64,000 bases of DNA, taken from positions 32,962 through 96,961 of the IMG/VR virus record IMGVR_UViG_3300028840_001508. One strand, written 5' to 3'. Of the stretch, positions 1-10,014 are shown in pieces (the first letter of the stretch is position 1; every line of letters starts with the position of its first letter). The stretch is from a virus. The notes beneath the pieces were generated by a model. That model ran no database searches and had not been told where the DNA came from. It saw only the letters and a program-made list of their open reading frames with translations. The translations under genes and the position numbers were made by a program.

Positions 1-1524
1 CAGTGCGATGCTATACTGGAAACCATGCCTGACCAGGTGTTCATGGATGCAGACGTGACCGTAGTGAAAGCACACAGCAAGCGGATATGCAAAGACCTGT
101 TGGAACTGTACCAGAATGACCGTGAAGCCTGGCGCGAGGAGCTAGAGACACTGGCAGGCATACACGTCACTGATGCCGTCAAGCAGACTGGGGAAGCCGA
201 GATGAAGGAATTTGCAGCAGGCATATCGTTCAAGGTGACAAATCCGCGTGTAGAGAGGCAGATCCGTGAGCGGACAAACAAGATGAGCTTCACTGTATCA
301 GACGAAACCATGCGTAAGCTTCGGGCGACGTTGGCTGAGGGATCTGCTGCTGGTGAAGGCATACCCGATATACGCCGCAGGGTGCAGGACACCTTTGATG
401 ACATGAGCAAGTACCGTGCAGAGCGCATAGCCCGTACAGAGACGATTTGGGGGGCTAACGCAGGTGCAGAGGAGGCATGGATACAGAGCGGGGTCATAGA
501 GGGCAAGGAATGGCACGCTGCGGCTGATGCGTGTGCTTTCTGTGCTAATATGCACGGCACGACAATGGGCTTGGGACAGGCGTTTTTTGAGCATGGTGAC
601 AGGCTGAGTTTGGAAGATGGCGGGACGATGGTCTTTGATTATGAAGAGGTACAGCATCCGCCCCTTCATCCATTAGGTAGGTGTTCCCTACTGCCGATAG
701 TGAAGGAAGTGGCTGTGCAGAAGACGGCGGAGGAAGTCAGGCAGGAGGTTATAGCAACAGCGGAAGCTAATGAATCAGCGATAGCTGGTATTGAAAGAGA
801 ATTTGAAGCTATTCAGTTGAGGGCGGCAGAAGCATATAAGGCAGGAAATGAAAGTGCCTTTGATGACATAATGGATCACTTATTGGCACAGCAGGAAAAA
901 GCTGGACAAATGCGAAAGGAGTTAAAGGGGAAAATACATGAAATCTTACAGATTAATCGCGCCGGGGCTAAATCTGGAGTAGATTTCAATGTAAAGGTGA
1001 ATAGAATAGCTGCACTGAATAGGGGCGAAGACTGGAAAGAGGTTACTAAGTGGACAGAAAAAGAAGTGCGTGAGTTCAGTAGATATATTTCCGAGGGCGT
1101 TTGGCCCCAAGGTGGGACAGTGGAGCAGTATACTCTAAAGCCTGGAATCCGTGCTTGTTATGAGCAGCATGTAATATATGTGAGCCGTTCTTCTAAAAGC
1201 TCAACAGTAGCACATGAACTGGGACACTGGCTAGAAGAGAATAATCAGCAAGTTAGAGAGGCGGCACTTGAATTTCTCAAAGCCAGGACAAAGGGTGAGC
1301 GGGCCGTGAAGTTAGCGAATCTTAGCAATAGTTACCGTACCAGTGAACTCGCGAAAAAAGACAAGTTTCTTGACCCGTACATGGGGAAAATCTACGAGAA
1401 TGATAAGGCTACAGAGATTATCAGCTCAGGTATTCAATATATATACGAAAAGCCGCTAGATCTAGCTACAAAAGACCCCGAATACTTTAACTTCATGGTC
1501 GAGACTCTCTGGGGGCTAGAGTGA
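1..1524 (+). CDS. MuF/SPP1 gp7-like minor head protein with C-terminal zincin-like (HExxH) extension; 5' end probably upstream of the window
   Basis: RAERIARTET...KEW...C..C...HPPLHPLGRC MuF core; HELGH at 1213-1227 with a downstream E (ATEIIS); frame is open from position 1. Confidence 0.85.
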   Translation, partial: QCDAILETMPDQVFMDADVTVVKAHSKRICKDLLELYQNDREAWREELETLAGIHVTDAVKQTGEAEMKEFAAGISFKVTNPRVERQIRERTNKMSFTVSDETMRKLRATLAEGSAAGEGIPDIRRRVQDTFDDMSKYRAERIARTETIWGANAGAEEAWIQSGVIEGKEWHAAADACAFCANMHGTTMGLGQAFFEHGDRLSLEDGGTMVFDYEEVQHPPLHPLGRCSLLPIVKEVAVQKTAEEVRQEVIATAEANESAIAGIEREFEAIQLRAAEAYKAGNESAFDDIMDHLLAQQEKAGQMRKELKGKIHEILQINRAGAKSGVDFNVKVNRIAALNRGEDWKEVTKWTEKEVREFSRYISEGVWPQGGTVEQYTLKPGIRACYEQHVIYVSRSSKSSTVAHELGHWLEENNQQVREAALEFLKARTKGERAVKLANLSNSYRTSELAKKDKFLDPYMGKIYENDKATEIISSGIQYIYEKPLDLATKDPEYFNFMVETLWGLE

Positions 1525-1754
1525 TGGCAGTAACGATTTCGCTTGGTGAAGGGGAAGCAACTATACTGTTGAACCGATGGGTTGCTAGTGATAAAAGACT
1601 TCGCAGGCTTATTACACTTTTCTCTGATAGGCTTTTGGTTAATTACACCCCCTGGCCTGACTACACCCTTGCAGAAATGGCGTGCAAAGCACTGGGCGGC
1701 AAGATAATCAGCGCAACCGACCCGCCTGAGTATGTGGAGGGGAGGGTGTATTGA
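1521..1754 (+). CDS. Small protein overlapping the MuF stop; candidate immunity protein
   Basis: 77 aa, 4-bp overlap with the MuF stop; function inferred from position only. Confidence 0.5.
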   Translation: MMAVTISLGEGEATILLNRWVASDKRLRRLITLFSDRLLVNYTPWPDYTLAEMACKALGGKIISATDPPEYVEGRVY

Positions 1755-1755
1755 T

Positions 1756-4104
1756 ATGCAGAACACGATGACAGTTATAGGCGAGTTCGACGACAATCCT
1801 GATAGATATAGAAAGGATGGCTGTTTCTTTTGTTGTCATTTCATATCATACGCTGATTTATATGAGGATGCCCTGGAGCCAGGCGATGCCGGGCAATGTA
1901 CCAGAACTAAAGAGCATGTGAGTTATAGTGATAGCTGCGAACATCGTTTGCCCAAAGGCAGGGATTTTGAAAAGGAGAGAGATATGCCTGTAAAACAGAT
2001 CAAAGACGCAAAAGGACGCATTGCTATTGTGGATGCAGACTATAAGGTGCAAGAGAAGATAACTGAAGAACGATGTCTTGAAATAGGCGGGCATTGCTGG
2101 GAAACTAGACACGAACATTCATTGAAACTGAACTACCCCTATACAGCGAAAGATACTACATATAGGAAATGTAAGCATTGCGCGAAGTGCCAGAAAGGAA
2201 AGAGGCAGCCAGAGATAGTCTGGGAGGATGAAAAGGAGACGAATTATGACAGATAAGGAGATAAAGTTATTCAGCCTAGATCCAGAGGACATTCAGTCAC
2301 CATGTCTTTGGAGTCTGCCAGGAATAACCAACAGGGATAACGCAGGGGGCGAGGACGGTGCAGTGTTACAGATACGTGCAGATGATATACAAGCATTTCT
2401 GGATGCCCTCGCTGCTGCATGGCGAAAGCAAGCAGAAGAGGCACTATACGTTCCTATATCTTCTGCCAGATGGGGCGGCCCAGCAGATAGGTATGTCAAG
2501 GCATACATAGCCCCATTAGAGACGGGCGTGAGGACTGCTGAAAAGGAGAGGACATGACAGCTAAAGATTTGAAAGACATGGAACTGCCACGCGTATTTAC
2601 TCCCACTACGCTAAGTGAGATTCATAACGCATTATTGAAGATGGTTAGTCGTTGCAAATCGTGTGCTAACGATATACGCTTCGAGGATGTCTTGACAGCC
2701 CTGCGAGAGGCGTATTTGAAAGCTGAGAAGGTAAAGCCGAGGGTCACATGGAAACAGATAGAGGTATTGCGTAACCTTGTCTGGCACGAAAAAGAAAAAG
2801 CCAGTGATGAAGGAAGATGGCTAGTAGATGCACGTAAAGCGTGTGAGCTTATAGAAGAATGGTATAGTAATGGATGCGACTGTTGTCATGACTATGTAGT
2901 AACTATAAAGAGCGATGACCTTGATATAGCATATATCCGTGAATGTAAGCTGTGCAATCGAATACAATATGCCAAAGCTAAGGGGAAAACGGCATGGTTT
3001 GATAGTCTTGCAGAATTACATAGCGCAAAGGAGACGGCATGAGCATATTAGATGATATAATGAGACATGAACACACGTTTCACCTGGGTGAATTGACCGG
3101 ACGCCTAGCTACTGCGAAGTTCTGGGATGGAAAGGAAGTTACGGGCATTATAGACAAGATAGTCCATATCAGCAATGAATCAGGCGAATACAATCTTATG
3201 ATACTGTCAACAGGTGACTCTGTGGGTATGGTGGCGGGAAAATACATATTCGACCCTGCGGAAGCGGTGGTTCTGTGGATAGCAGATGAAAAGGAGATGC
3301 CATGAGCAGACTGGACGACTGCAAGGAGCACCAAAACTGGCTGGCGAAGGAAAAGGCACGCCTCACAGCTGACTTTGACCGCCTGTGGAACGAGCGACTT
3401 GATGGTGAATACCGTGGACGCATCAAACCAACAGGCACATCCTTCGGTGACTTGCGATCTCGTTGTTCACTATCTGTGGATACGAGCCAGCCAGGTGAGG
3501 TTGTGCGCCATACCATTACTGTAGTGGTGGACCTGGATGACATGGGCGAGGTACTGTCCGCTGAATATGCCACTAAGGACGAGGTGGATGCACTGAGGGG
3601 GAAGCAATTCCCGTACACCTTGAGTGTGAAGGATGGTAAGATAATAGCTACGAGGGTCAAGGATGGGTAAATACGAAAACATCTACAAGCAGCGCAGAAA
3701 GCCATGGGCGGAGATAGATGCTACGCTTCGGTTGCTGGCTATGGCATTGCAGGTAGCGCATCAACGGGGTCATACTGTAGCTGTGACGCGGGTAGATAGC
3801 TTTTGGCAGAGCTTGAATTGAAAGGGGAAGAGAGATGACCATAACCATGACAGATGAAGAGCGAGAGGTATTAGACATATTGGTACATATAGGGCTAATG
3901 TCGCTATTTCACTTGCTAATGGAAGCACAAAAATACTATGCGGGTAACTGGCAGATTGTCGGTGACCCGAATAATCTAAGCCCGAACCAGATATTTGAGC
4001 AGATTATGGGCGATAGGGATTTTTCTATACAGAATGAGAAGTTGATAGAATATGGAAAGAAGCTGAAAGCATACACTGAAAGGGATAACACAGAAGTCGG
4101 GTGA
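1756..4104 (+). other. Cluster of ~7 short, tightly coupled hypothetical ORFs between MuF and the prohead protease
   Basis: ORFs ~1756-2256, 2228-2557, 2554-3042, 3039-3305, 3302-3670, 3663-3821, 3835-4104 with overlapping start/stop codons and AAGGAG-type RBS; several are Cys-rich. Confidence 0.6.
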
Positions 4105-4110
4105 AGGTGA

Positions 4111-7062
4111 ATGAATGAAGTAAAACTTGACTCTTTTCTCAACGACCTGGCTGACTGTAATTCAGTCATATTACCAGTCGCAGAAAAGGTCATGGAACGA
4201 GCTAACAAGGAATATGGCGTCAAAAAAGAGGATGTGGGCTTTGAGTTAAAAGACTATACGCAGATTGATGCAGATGTGAAGCCCAAACGCGAGGCAGTTG
4301 TCACCATCAATACCATAGCAAAGGATAGGGATGGTGAGGCTGTACTGCCTGAAGGCGCTATATTAGATGACTATGAACTGCTGAAGGTCGTGCTATTCGG
4401 TCACAATTACGCTGGTTTGGGTGTAGGCAAGAACCTCTGGCTAAAGATAGACCCCCATCTCTTCAGTATCATAGCACGAACCAGGTATACTACAGCAAAG
4501 GCGAATCCGCTTGGCGAGCAGATATACAATTATCGCCTTGAGGAAATGCCCATAGGCGAGTCTATAGGCTTTGTACCCATAGAGTGGGTAGAGCCGCATG
4601 ACAAGACGTGGGGAAAACATTTTGACCAGTGGCTAGACAGGTACAAGCAATTCATGAAGCTTCACCAACGGGACGTGCCTGACGACGTGGAATTGGACAG
4701 GATATTCACCCTATGGATAATGCTGGAATACAGCGATGTGGTCATCCCCTCAAACCCGTTTGCCATCCAGAATGCGGTTGAAAAGGGTCTTATCTCTGAG
4801 AAAGACATGAACAGGTACATTGTCAAGACGCAGCCAGGAGTAATCACCAAGCCCGAAACCACCGAGAACTATCACCGTGTACCCGTTCCCGGTCGTGAAT
4901 GCAGGATAACGGCAACCATTACCATCAGCGCATCGCAGGGCATCAAGGCGCTGTACTGTGGCAAGGAAAAGAAGGTAGCGACGTATCTCTTTGACGTAAA
5001 TAAATGGACGATGGCAGAGGCTAAGAAATGGGTGGCAGAGCATGATAGCGGGAAACAAGCGACGTTATTTGCATCCAAAGATATAGATAGCCCCGAACGC
5101 TGGAATAAAGCCCTTCCTGTAGCCTTTGATGCCAAAGAGCCAGAGGAAATTCCGACCTCATTTGTAAACGGTATAATCAAATCCTATCTAGGATGCGATA
5201 TTAAAGACGTATTTCTTAATATATTTGCGATACCCAGTCCGCTCATAGGGTCATATTTATCAGCTTTCAAAACTATTCTTGCGGATTATAGGCAGACAGA
5301 CATCAGGAATTTTCAGGAAAACGGAACTGAAGCTCCACCCAGATATGGTGTAATACAGCTTAATTCGGAGATTAGCGACGACTTTCTAATAGAGGGCATG
5401 GTATTCTATGAAGGACTCTCGGAGAAATTTATCCTTGAATACTATCCTACTTGGAGCAGTTTGAATGTAAATATTATCACCACCCATGATCAGAAGAACT
5501 GGAATAAGGGCTTACTGGATACTATTCACGCATGGGTCAAGGAAAACAACTATCTCAAGAATGAGAAATTTGCCCTGAGCGGTGAGTTTCTAAATACAAC
5601 AGATGAGGCGTGGGATTCGTTAATAACCAAGGATAAAGAAAAGGTCAAGGTACAGCAAGTACAGTCAACTTTGGATAAGAAGAAAGCCGCAATGCCCAGT
5701 CGTGGGATGATATTCATGGGGCCGCCTGGTACTGGCAAGACAAAGACCGGGCGCATCCTTATGAATGATAGTAATACCACCTTCATCTGGGTATCCAGTA
5801 AGGATTTTGACAGGCACAGGCCGGAATATGTGCTTTCGCTTTCATTTGACATGGCGCGGGATCTTGCGCCTTCTATCCTGTTTATAGAGGATATAGATTC
5901 ATGGCTAGGCGGATATTGTACTGACTTACTCAAAACAGAGCTTGATGGGATACGGCAGAATAAAGGCCTACTGACAATTCTAACATCTAACTATCCTGAG
6001 AAGATGCCTGATGCCCTGTTGGATAGACCTGGCAGGTTTCACCATATCATAGATTTTGCATTACCGGATAGCGGCCAAAGGTCGCAATTACTAAAGCAGC
6101 TTTGCCCTGAACTAGATAATATAATGGTCAATGAAGTGGCTAAGAAAACAGACGGCTTATCCCATGCACATATCAAAGAGATTGTGGACTATGCTGCTAT
6201 CATAGCAGACGTACAAGGCATTACGCTAACAGAAGCTATAAGAATAAGCTTGAAGAATATATTTGAGCAGAGAGAACTGATTGAGTCTATAAGAGCAAGG
6301 GAAAAGGCTTTTAATTTAGATATTATAGCGAAAGCAGTCATCCCCTACCGCGACCTGGGCAAAGCCGATGAAAACGTATCATGGGACGGCCCTGCTGAGG
6401 TTGCCGCTGCTGAGGTGTCTGACCTGAAACTGATGTGCGCATGGGTGGATTCCGCTAATGCTGATGTAAAGAGCGCATATAAACTCCCGCACCACAAGGC
6501 ATCTGGACATGCTGCCGTATGGCGTGGCGTTGCCGCTGCTATGGCTGCGCTATTGGGAGCGCGGGGCGGAACGAAGATACCGCCTGGCGATAGGAAGAGT
6601 GTGTTTTCACATCTGAGTAGACACTACTCAGATTTTGGGAAAGAGTCGCCAGAGTTCAAGCAATATTCCGAGGCAGCAGTAAAGTGCATTAGCTGGTATA
6701 ATGGCAGTTATGATGACGTAGACGGCTTTTATGAAATTGAAGATGATAATGAGCTAGACTCCTGGCACGACACACTAAAGGCTTTAGAAAATATGAAAAA
6801 AGAAACCGACATAGCCGCTCTTCAGGCGCAGATAGCGGAGATGCAGGGGCAGATGAACGAGATACTTGCGAGGCTCACCCCTGCTGAAACGCCTGATGAA
6901 GAGGAAGAAGAGGAAGAGCCAGAGGAAGAGGAAATAGACCTGACCGAAATACTGGCAGAGGTATTCGGTGAAGATGCTGATGAAGAACTGGATGGCGAGC
7001 CGCATATACTGACCGCAGAAGAGCGGATAGCGAAGATGCAGGGCAAAGTCATCCAGAAGTAG
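4111..7062 (+). CDS. HK97-family prohead protease fused to an AAA+ ATPase, further head-associated domains and an acidic tail
   Basis: N-terminal DRDGE..P.G...VVLFGHNY...SIGF...EYSDVVIPSNP protease motifs; Walker A GPPGTGKT (5719-5742); Walker B ILFIEDID; SRH TSNYPEKMPDALLDRPGRF; upstream of the capsid gene. Confidence 0.85.
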   Translation: MNEVKLDSFLNDLADCNSVILPVAEKVMERANKEYGVKKEDVGFELKDYTQIDADVKPKREAVVTINTIAKDRDGEAVLPEGAILDDYELLKVVLFGHNYAGLGVGKNLWLKIDPHLFSIIARTRYTTAKANPLGEQIYNYRLEEMPIGESIGFVPIEWVEPHDKTWGKHFDQWLDRYKQFMKLHQRDVPDDVELDRIFTLWIMLEYSDVVIPSNPFAIQNAVEKGLISEKDMNRYIVKTQPGVITKPETTENYHRVPVPGRECRITATITISASQGIKALYCGKEKKVATYLFDVNKWTMAEAKKWVAEHDSGKQATLFASKDIDSPERWNKALPVAFDAKEPEEIPTSFVNGIIKSYLGCDIKDVFLNIFAIPSPLIGSYLSAFKTILADYRQTDIRNFQENGTEAPPRYGVIQLNSEISDDFLIEGMVFYEGLSEKFILEYYPTWSSLNVNIITTHDQKNWNKGLLDTIHAWVKENNYLKNEKFALSGEFLNTTDEAWDSLITKDKEKVKVQQVQSTLDKKKAAMPSRGMIFMGPPGTGKTKTGRILMNDSNTTFIWVSSKDFDRHRPEYVLSLSFDMARDLAPSILFIEDIDSWLGGYCTDLLKTELDGIRQNKGLLTILTSNYPEKMPDALLDRPGRFHHIIDFALPDSGQRSQLLKQLCPELDNIMVNEVAKKTDGLSHAHIKEIVDYAAIIADVQGITLTEAIRISLKNIFEQRELIESIRAREKAFNLDIIAKAVIPYRDLGKADENVSWDGPAEVAAAEVSDLKLMCAWVDSANADVKSAYKLPHHKASGHAAVWRGVAAAMAALLGARGGTKIPPGDRKSVFSHLSRHYSDFGKESPEFKQYSEAAVKCISWYNGSYDDVDGFYEIEDDNELDSWHDTLKALENMKKETDIAALQAQIAEMQGQMNEILARLTPAETPDEEEEEEEPEEEEIDLTEILAEVFGEDADEELDGEPHILTAEERIAKMQGKVIQK

Positions 7063-7083
7063 TAGCTTTATGAAAGGGGAAGT

Positions 7084-7419
7084 ATGATGAAACAGGATAA
7101 CATCAAGGAAAGATTCCGTCAACTAGATAACGACAGGAATAAGCTATATGATACCATAGCGAATAAGACGGAATCCGATAGAAAGCAGATAGAGGAAATA
7201 GAAAAAGCAATGGACGAGAAAACTGCCGAAGACCGAACTGCGATCAAGGAATTAAATGAGCAAATCATAGCTTTACGTTTGGAATGCAGTCATGTTTGGC
7301 AGGATCAGGATCCGGCAACAATAGATCTACTAGGTTTTCCATATCCTGTTTGTACTAAATGTGGTTTAGGTGAACTGACTTACCTGCTACATAGCCGTGG
7401 ATGGACAGAAAGCATTTGA
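7084..7419 (+). CDS. Hypothetical coiled-coil protein with C-terminal CxH...CxxC
   Basis: RBS GAAAGGGG; ORF track. Confidence 0.55.
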   Translation: MMKQDNIKERFRQLDNDRNKLYDTIANKTESDRKQIEEIEKAMDEKTAEDRTAIKELNEQIIALRLECSHVWQDQDPATIDLLGFPYPVCTKCGLGELTYLLHSRGWTESI

Positions 7420-7500
7420 GCATGGATTAACTGGATCTCGTTCAACCGGTTTTGGGGCAGGGCTTTCCGTAAAAAATGTCCTGCACAATAGAATATCCAC

Positions 7501-7630
7501 AAAAACGGGTCAGATGGCGAAGTTTGCGCTGACCCGTTTTTCTTTGCCATTTGACCCGTATCAAAGCAGAAATATCAGGCGCAAGCTGGAGATAGATTTG
7601 AGAGCTATCAGGCAACGGCGCTGGAGATAT
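7501..7630 (+). promoter_or_regulatory. Structured leader of the major capsid gene: terminator-like hairpin, an alternative pairing, and two similar internal-loop hairpins
   Basis: AAAAACGGGTCAG/CTGACCCGTTTTT; 7505-7522 is also complementary to 7542-7559; TATCAGGC...GCTGGAGATA occurs twice (7573-7594, 7606-7629). Confidence 0.6.
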
Positions 7631-7696
7631 TAGCAAACCGACGTAAGACACGGAAATGAAAGAGAGACAACTGATTCGCAGAGGTGAAAATGATAA

Positions 7697-9010
7697 ATGG
7701 CTTTAACTAAAGAAGAAATAGCGGCGCTGACTGCTGAGATACAGAAGAACCTGGATGCGCCGGCCAAGCCTCCCAAGGTAGACATAAAGCAGGAGCTTAC
7801 GAAGCAGCTTGCTGAAGTCAAGACTCAATGGGATAAAGAAAAGGATGAAGCAATCAAGGCTGCACTGGCAAAGCAGGCAGAGGAACACGAGAAAGCCCTT
7901 GATGAACTCAAACCGCAGCCGAAGGAGAAGAAGCTGCCCACCAAGGAAAATGACCCGACAGGCGGCTTTCCTACCATTTCTGAGTTTGGCGAAGCTGTAG
8001 CGAAGGCTGGCATGGGCAGAGGGCTTGATCCTCGTCTGAAGATGATCATGGAAAAAGCCGCAGGTGCAGGGATGGAAGAGGGCGTTGATTCTGAGGGCGG
8101 ATTCCTCGTTCCAGAGGAACACGCCACCAGGCTGCTTGAGAACGGCATCGGATCGTCTGATCTCCTGTCCCGCGTCACGGAGATACCCATGCAGAGCAAT
8201 AGTATCGCCATTCCCTGTGTCGTTGACACTACCAGGGCGAGCGGGCTGTTGTTCGGCGGCGTGATCGTCTACCGCAAAGCCGAAGAGGGTACTGGCACAT
8301 CATCCAAGCCGAAGATGGGTGAAGTAAGGCTGACGCTGCACAAGCTGTTTGGCCTGGCGTACTCATCTGACGAGCTGATAGAGGACAGTCCTGTAAGCAT
8401 CGGTGCTATGCTTGAGCGGATGTTTACCGATGCCTTTGCCGCGAAGCTGGAGTATGAAATTATCAACGGCACGGGCACAGGCGAGCTGGAAGGCCTATTC
8501 CAGGCTAACTGCAAGATACAGCAGGACAAAGAGGAAGGGCAGACAGCCGACACTATCGAGTATGACAACATTGTGAAGATGTACTCCCGTATGCCTGGCA
8601 GGAACAGGCGACGTGCGGTGTGGCTGATCAATGACGACTGTATTCCGCAACTGTTCACGCTCAACTTGGCTGTAGGTACTGGCGGCGTTCCAGTATTTAT
8701 GCCTGCCAATGGTGCATCTGCAACACCTTACGACACGCTGTTTGGCAGACCCATTATCAGTAACGAGAACTGCGCCACCATTGGTGATGCAGGCGACATC
8801 TGGTTCTGGGACCCCACCGAATACCTGCACGGCGTAAAGGCAGGAGCGGGCATCAAGTCCATGACTTCACTACATTTCAAGTTCGACACGGACGAGACGG
8901 CTTTCAGGTGGACGTTCAGGGATGATGGAATGTGCTGGTGGCCCGGTGCTTTGACGCCGCGTGTATCAAGCACCACGCTGAGTCCTGTAATCGACCTTCA
9001 AGCGAGATAG
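7697..9010 (+). CDS. Major capsid protein, HK97 fold
   Basis: N-terminal coiled-coil (delta-like) domain; EGGFLVPEE, SDELIEDS, INGTGTGELEG, TLFGRPI, F..DETAFR...R.DG. Confidence 0.95.
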   Translation: MALTKEEIAALTAEIQKNLDAPAKPPKVDIKQELTKQLAEVKTQWDKEKDEAIKAALAKQAEEHEKALDELKPQPKEKKLPTKENDPTGGFPTISEFGEAVAKAGMGRGLDPRLKMIMEKAAGAGMEEGVDSEGGFLVPEEHATRLLENGIGSSDLLSRVTEIPMQSNSIAIPCVVDTTRASGLLFGGVIVYRKAEEGTGTSSKPKMGEVRLTLHKLFGLAYSSDELIEDSPVSIGAMLERMFTDAFAAKLEYEIINGTGTGELEGLFQANCKIQQDKEEGQTADTIEYDNIVKMYSRMPGRNRRRAVWLINDDCIPQLFTLNLAVGTGGVPVFMPANGASATPYDTLFGRPIISNENCATIGDAGDIWFWDPTEYLHGVKAGAGIKSMTSLHFKFDTDETAFRWTFRDDGMCWWPGALTPRVSSTTLSPVIDLQAR

Positions 9011-9048
9011 CAGCGAAAGCTGATCAGATAAAGAGGTGAATTCGATAA

Positions 9049-9531
9049 ATGGCTACTTTTACTGAAAACAACAAGATAGTGCCAGGTATAGCTCCCATAG
9101 ACCTGAACGGCGGAGTCAGGAGCGGCGATTGGGTAAACATGGCACACTACAACCGCCTCACTATCATCTTTATGGGCGGGGCGCTCACTGGCGCGCCGAC
9201 ACTGACCATCAAGAAAGGCACAAGCGTAGCTGGCGCAGGCTCAGTGGCGATGGCGTTCAACTACAAGACGTGTACCAATCCAGCGTCAAGTGATTCGCTG
9301 TCTGCTACATTCACAGCCGCAACGTCTTCGGGCGTTAAGTTCTCTGCTTCTTCCACCAACCCGCTGATCGTGGTGGAAATAGAGGCAAGTGAACTGGCGA
9401 CGACTGCCACGGCTTATGACTGTGTAGCAGCGGTAGTGCCTGATCCGAGCAATGCTGCTCTTGGTGCTGTGCTGTATATCCTGAGTGAGCCGAGAATCGG
9501 CAGGGACGTGCCGCCAGCGGCTGTATCCTAG
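9049..9531 (+). CDS. Probable capsid decoration/head protein
   Basis: Directly after the capsid gene; beta-rich; GDWVNMAHY motif typical of post-capsid proteins; RBS GAGGTG. Confidence 0.6.
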   Translation: MATFTENNKIVPGIAPIDLNGGVRSGDWVNMAHYNRLTIIFMGGALTGAPTLTIKKGTSVAGAGSVAMAFNYKTCTNPASSDSLSATFTAATSSGVKFSASSTNPLIVVEIEASELATTATAYDCVAAVVPDPSNAALGAVLYILSEPRIGRDVPPAAVS

Positions 9532-9583
9532 CACTAACTTACTGAGGGGGCTTCTGCCCTCTCAGTTTACAGCAAAGGGGAAT

Positions 9584-9991
9584 ATGATGGGAACGACAAT
9601 AAGGCTTCTGAGGGAATGGATGGGCCATACTGGCGATGATACAGAGGGCGAGGGCCAGGGCGAAGAGCTTAATGTTACTGAACGCTTTGCCAAGCAGCTT
9701 ATAGACAGGGGTACGGCTGTCATGGTTAAGCAGCCTATGCCCGATGAAATACCTACCGTCAGGGTCAGGCTCATTGATGAGTGGATGACCAGACCAGGCG
9801 ACAAGCAACTGGGCGAGGGCAAAGGGCAGGAGTTGAACATGCCAAGACCGTTAGCGGAGAGGCTGATCAGGGAAAAGAAAGCCGTAGACCTGGATGCTAA
9901 GCCCAAGCGCAAGCGAACCCCCACGAAGAAGCGCGTAAGCAATCCGCCGAAAAACAAAGCAGTTCAGGCGGAGGATACAGAAAACAAATAG
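9584..9991 (+). CDS. Small head-associated protein with two tandem ~45-aa repeats and a basic tail
   Basis: IRLLREWM..GEGQGEELNV...A..LI..G.AV repeated as VRLIDEWM..GEGKGQELNM...A..LI...KAV; RBS AAAGGGG. Confidence 0.6.
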   Translation: MMGTTIRLLREWMGHTGDDTEGEGQGEELNVTERFAKQLIDRGTAVMVKQPMPDEIPTVRVRLIDEWMTRPGDKQLGEGKGQELNMPRPLAERLIREKKAVDLDAKPKRKRTPTKKRVSNPPKNKAVQAEDTENK

Positions 9992-10014
9992 CCAACAAAG
10001 AGAGGTGAATCTCT

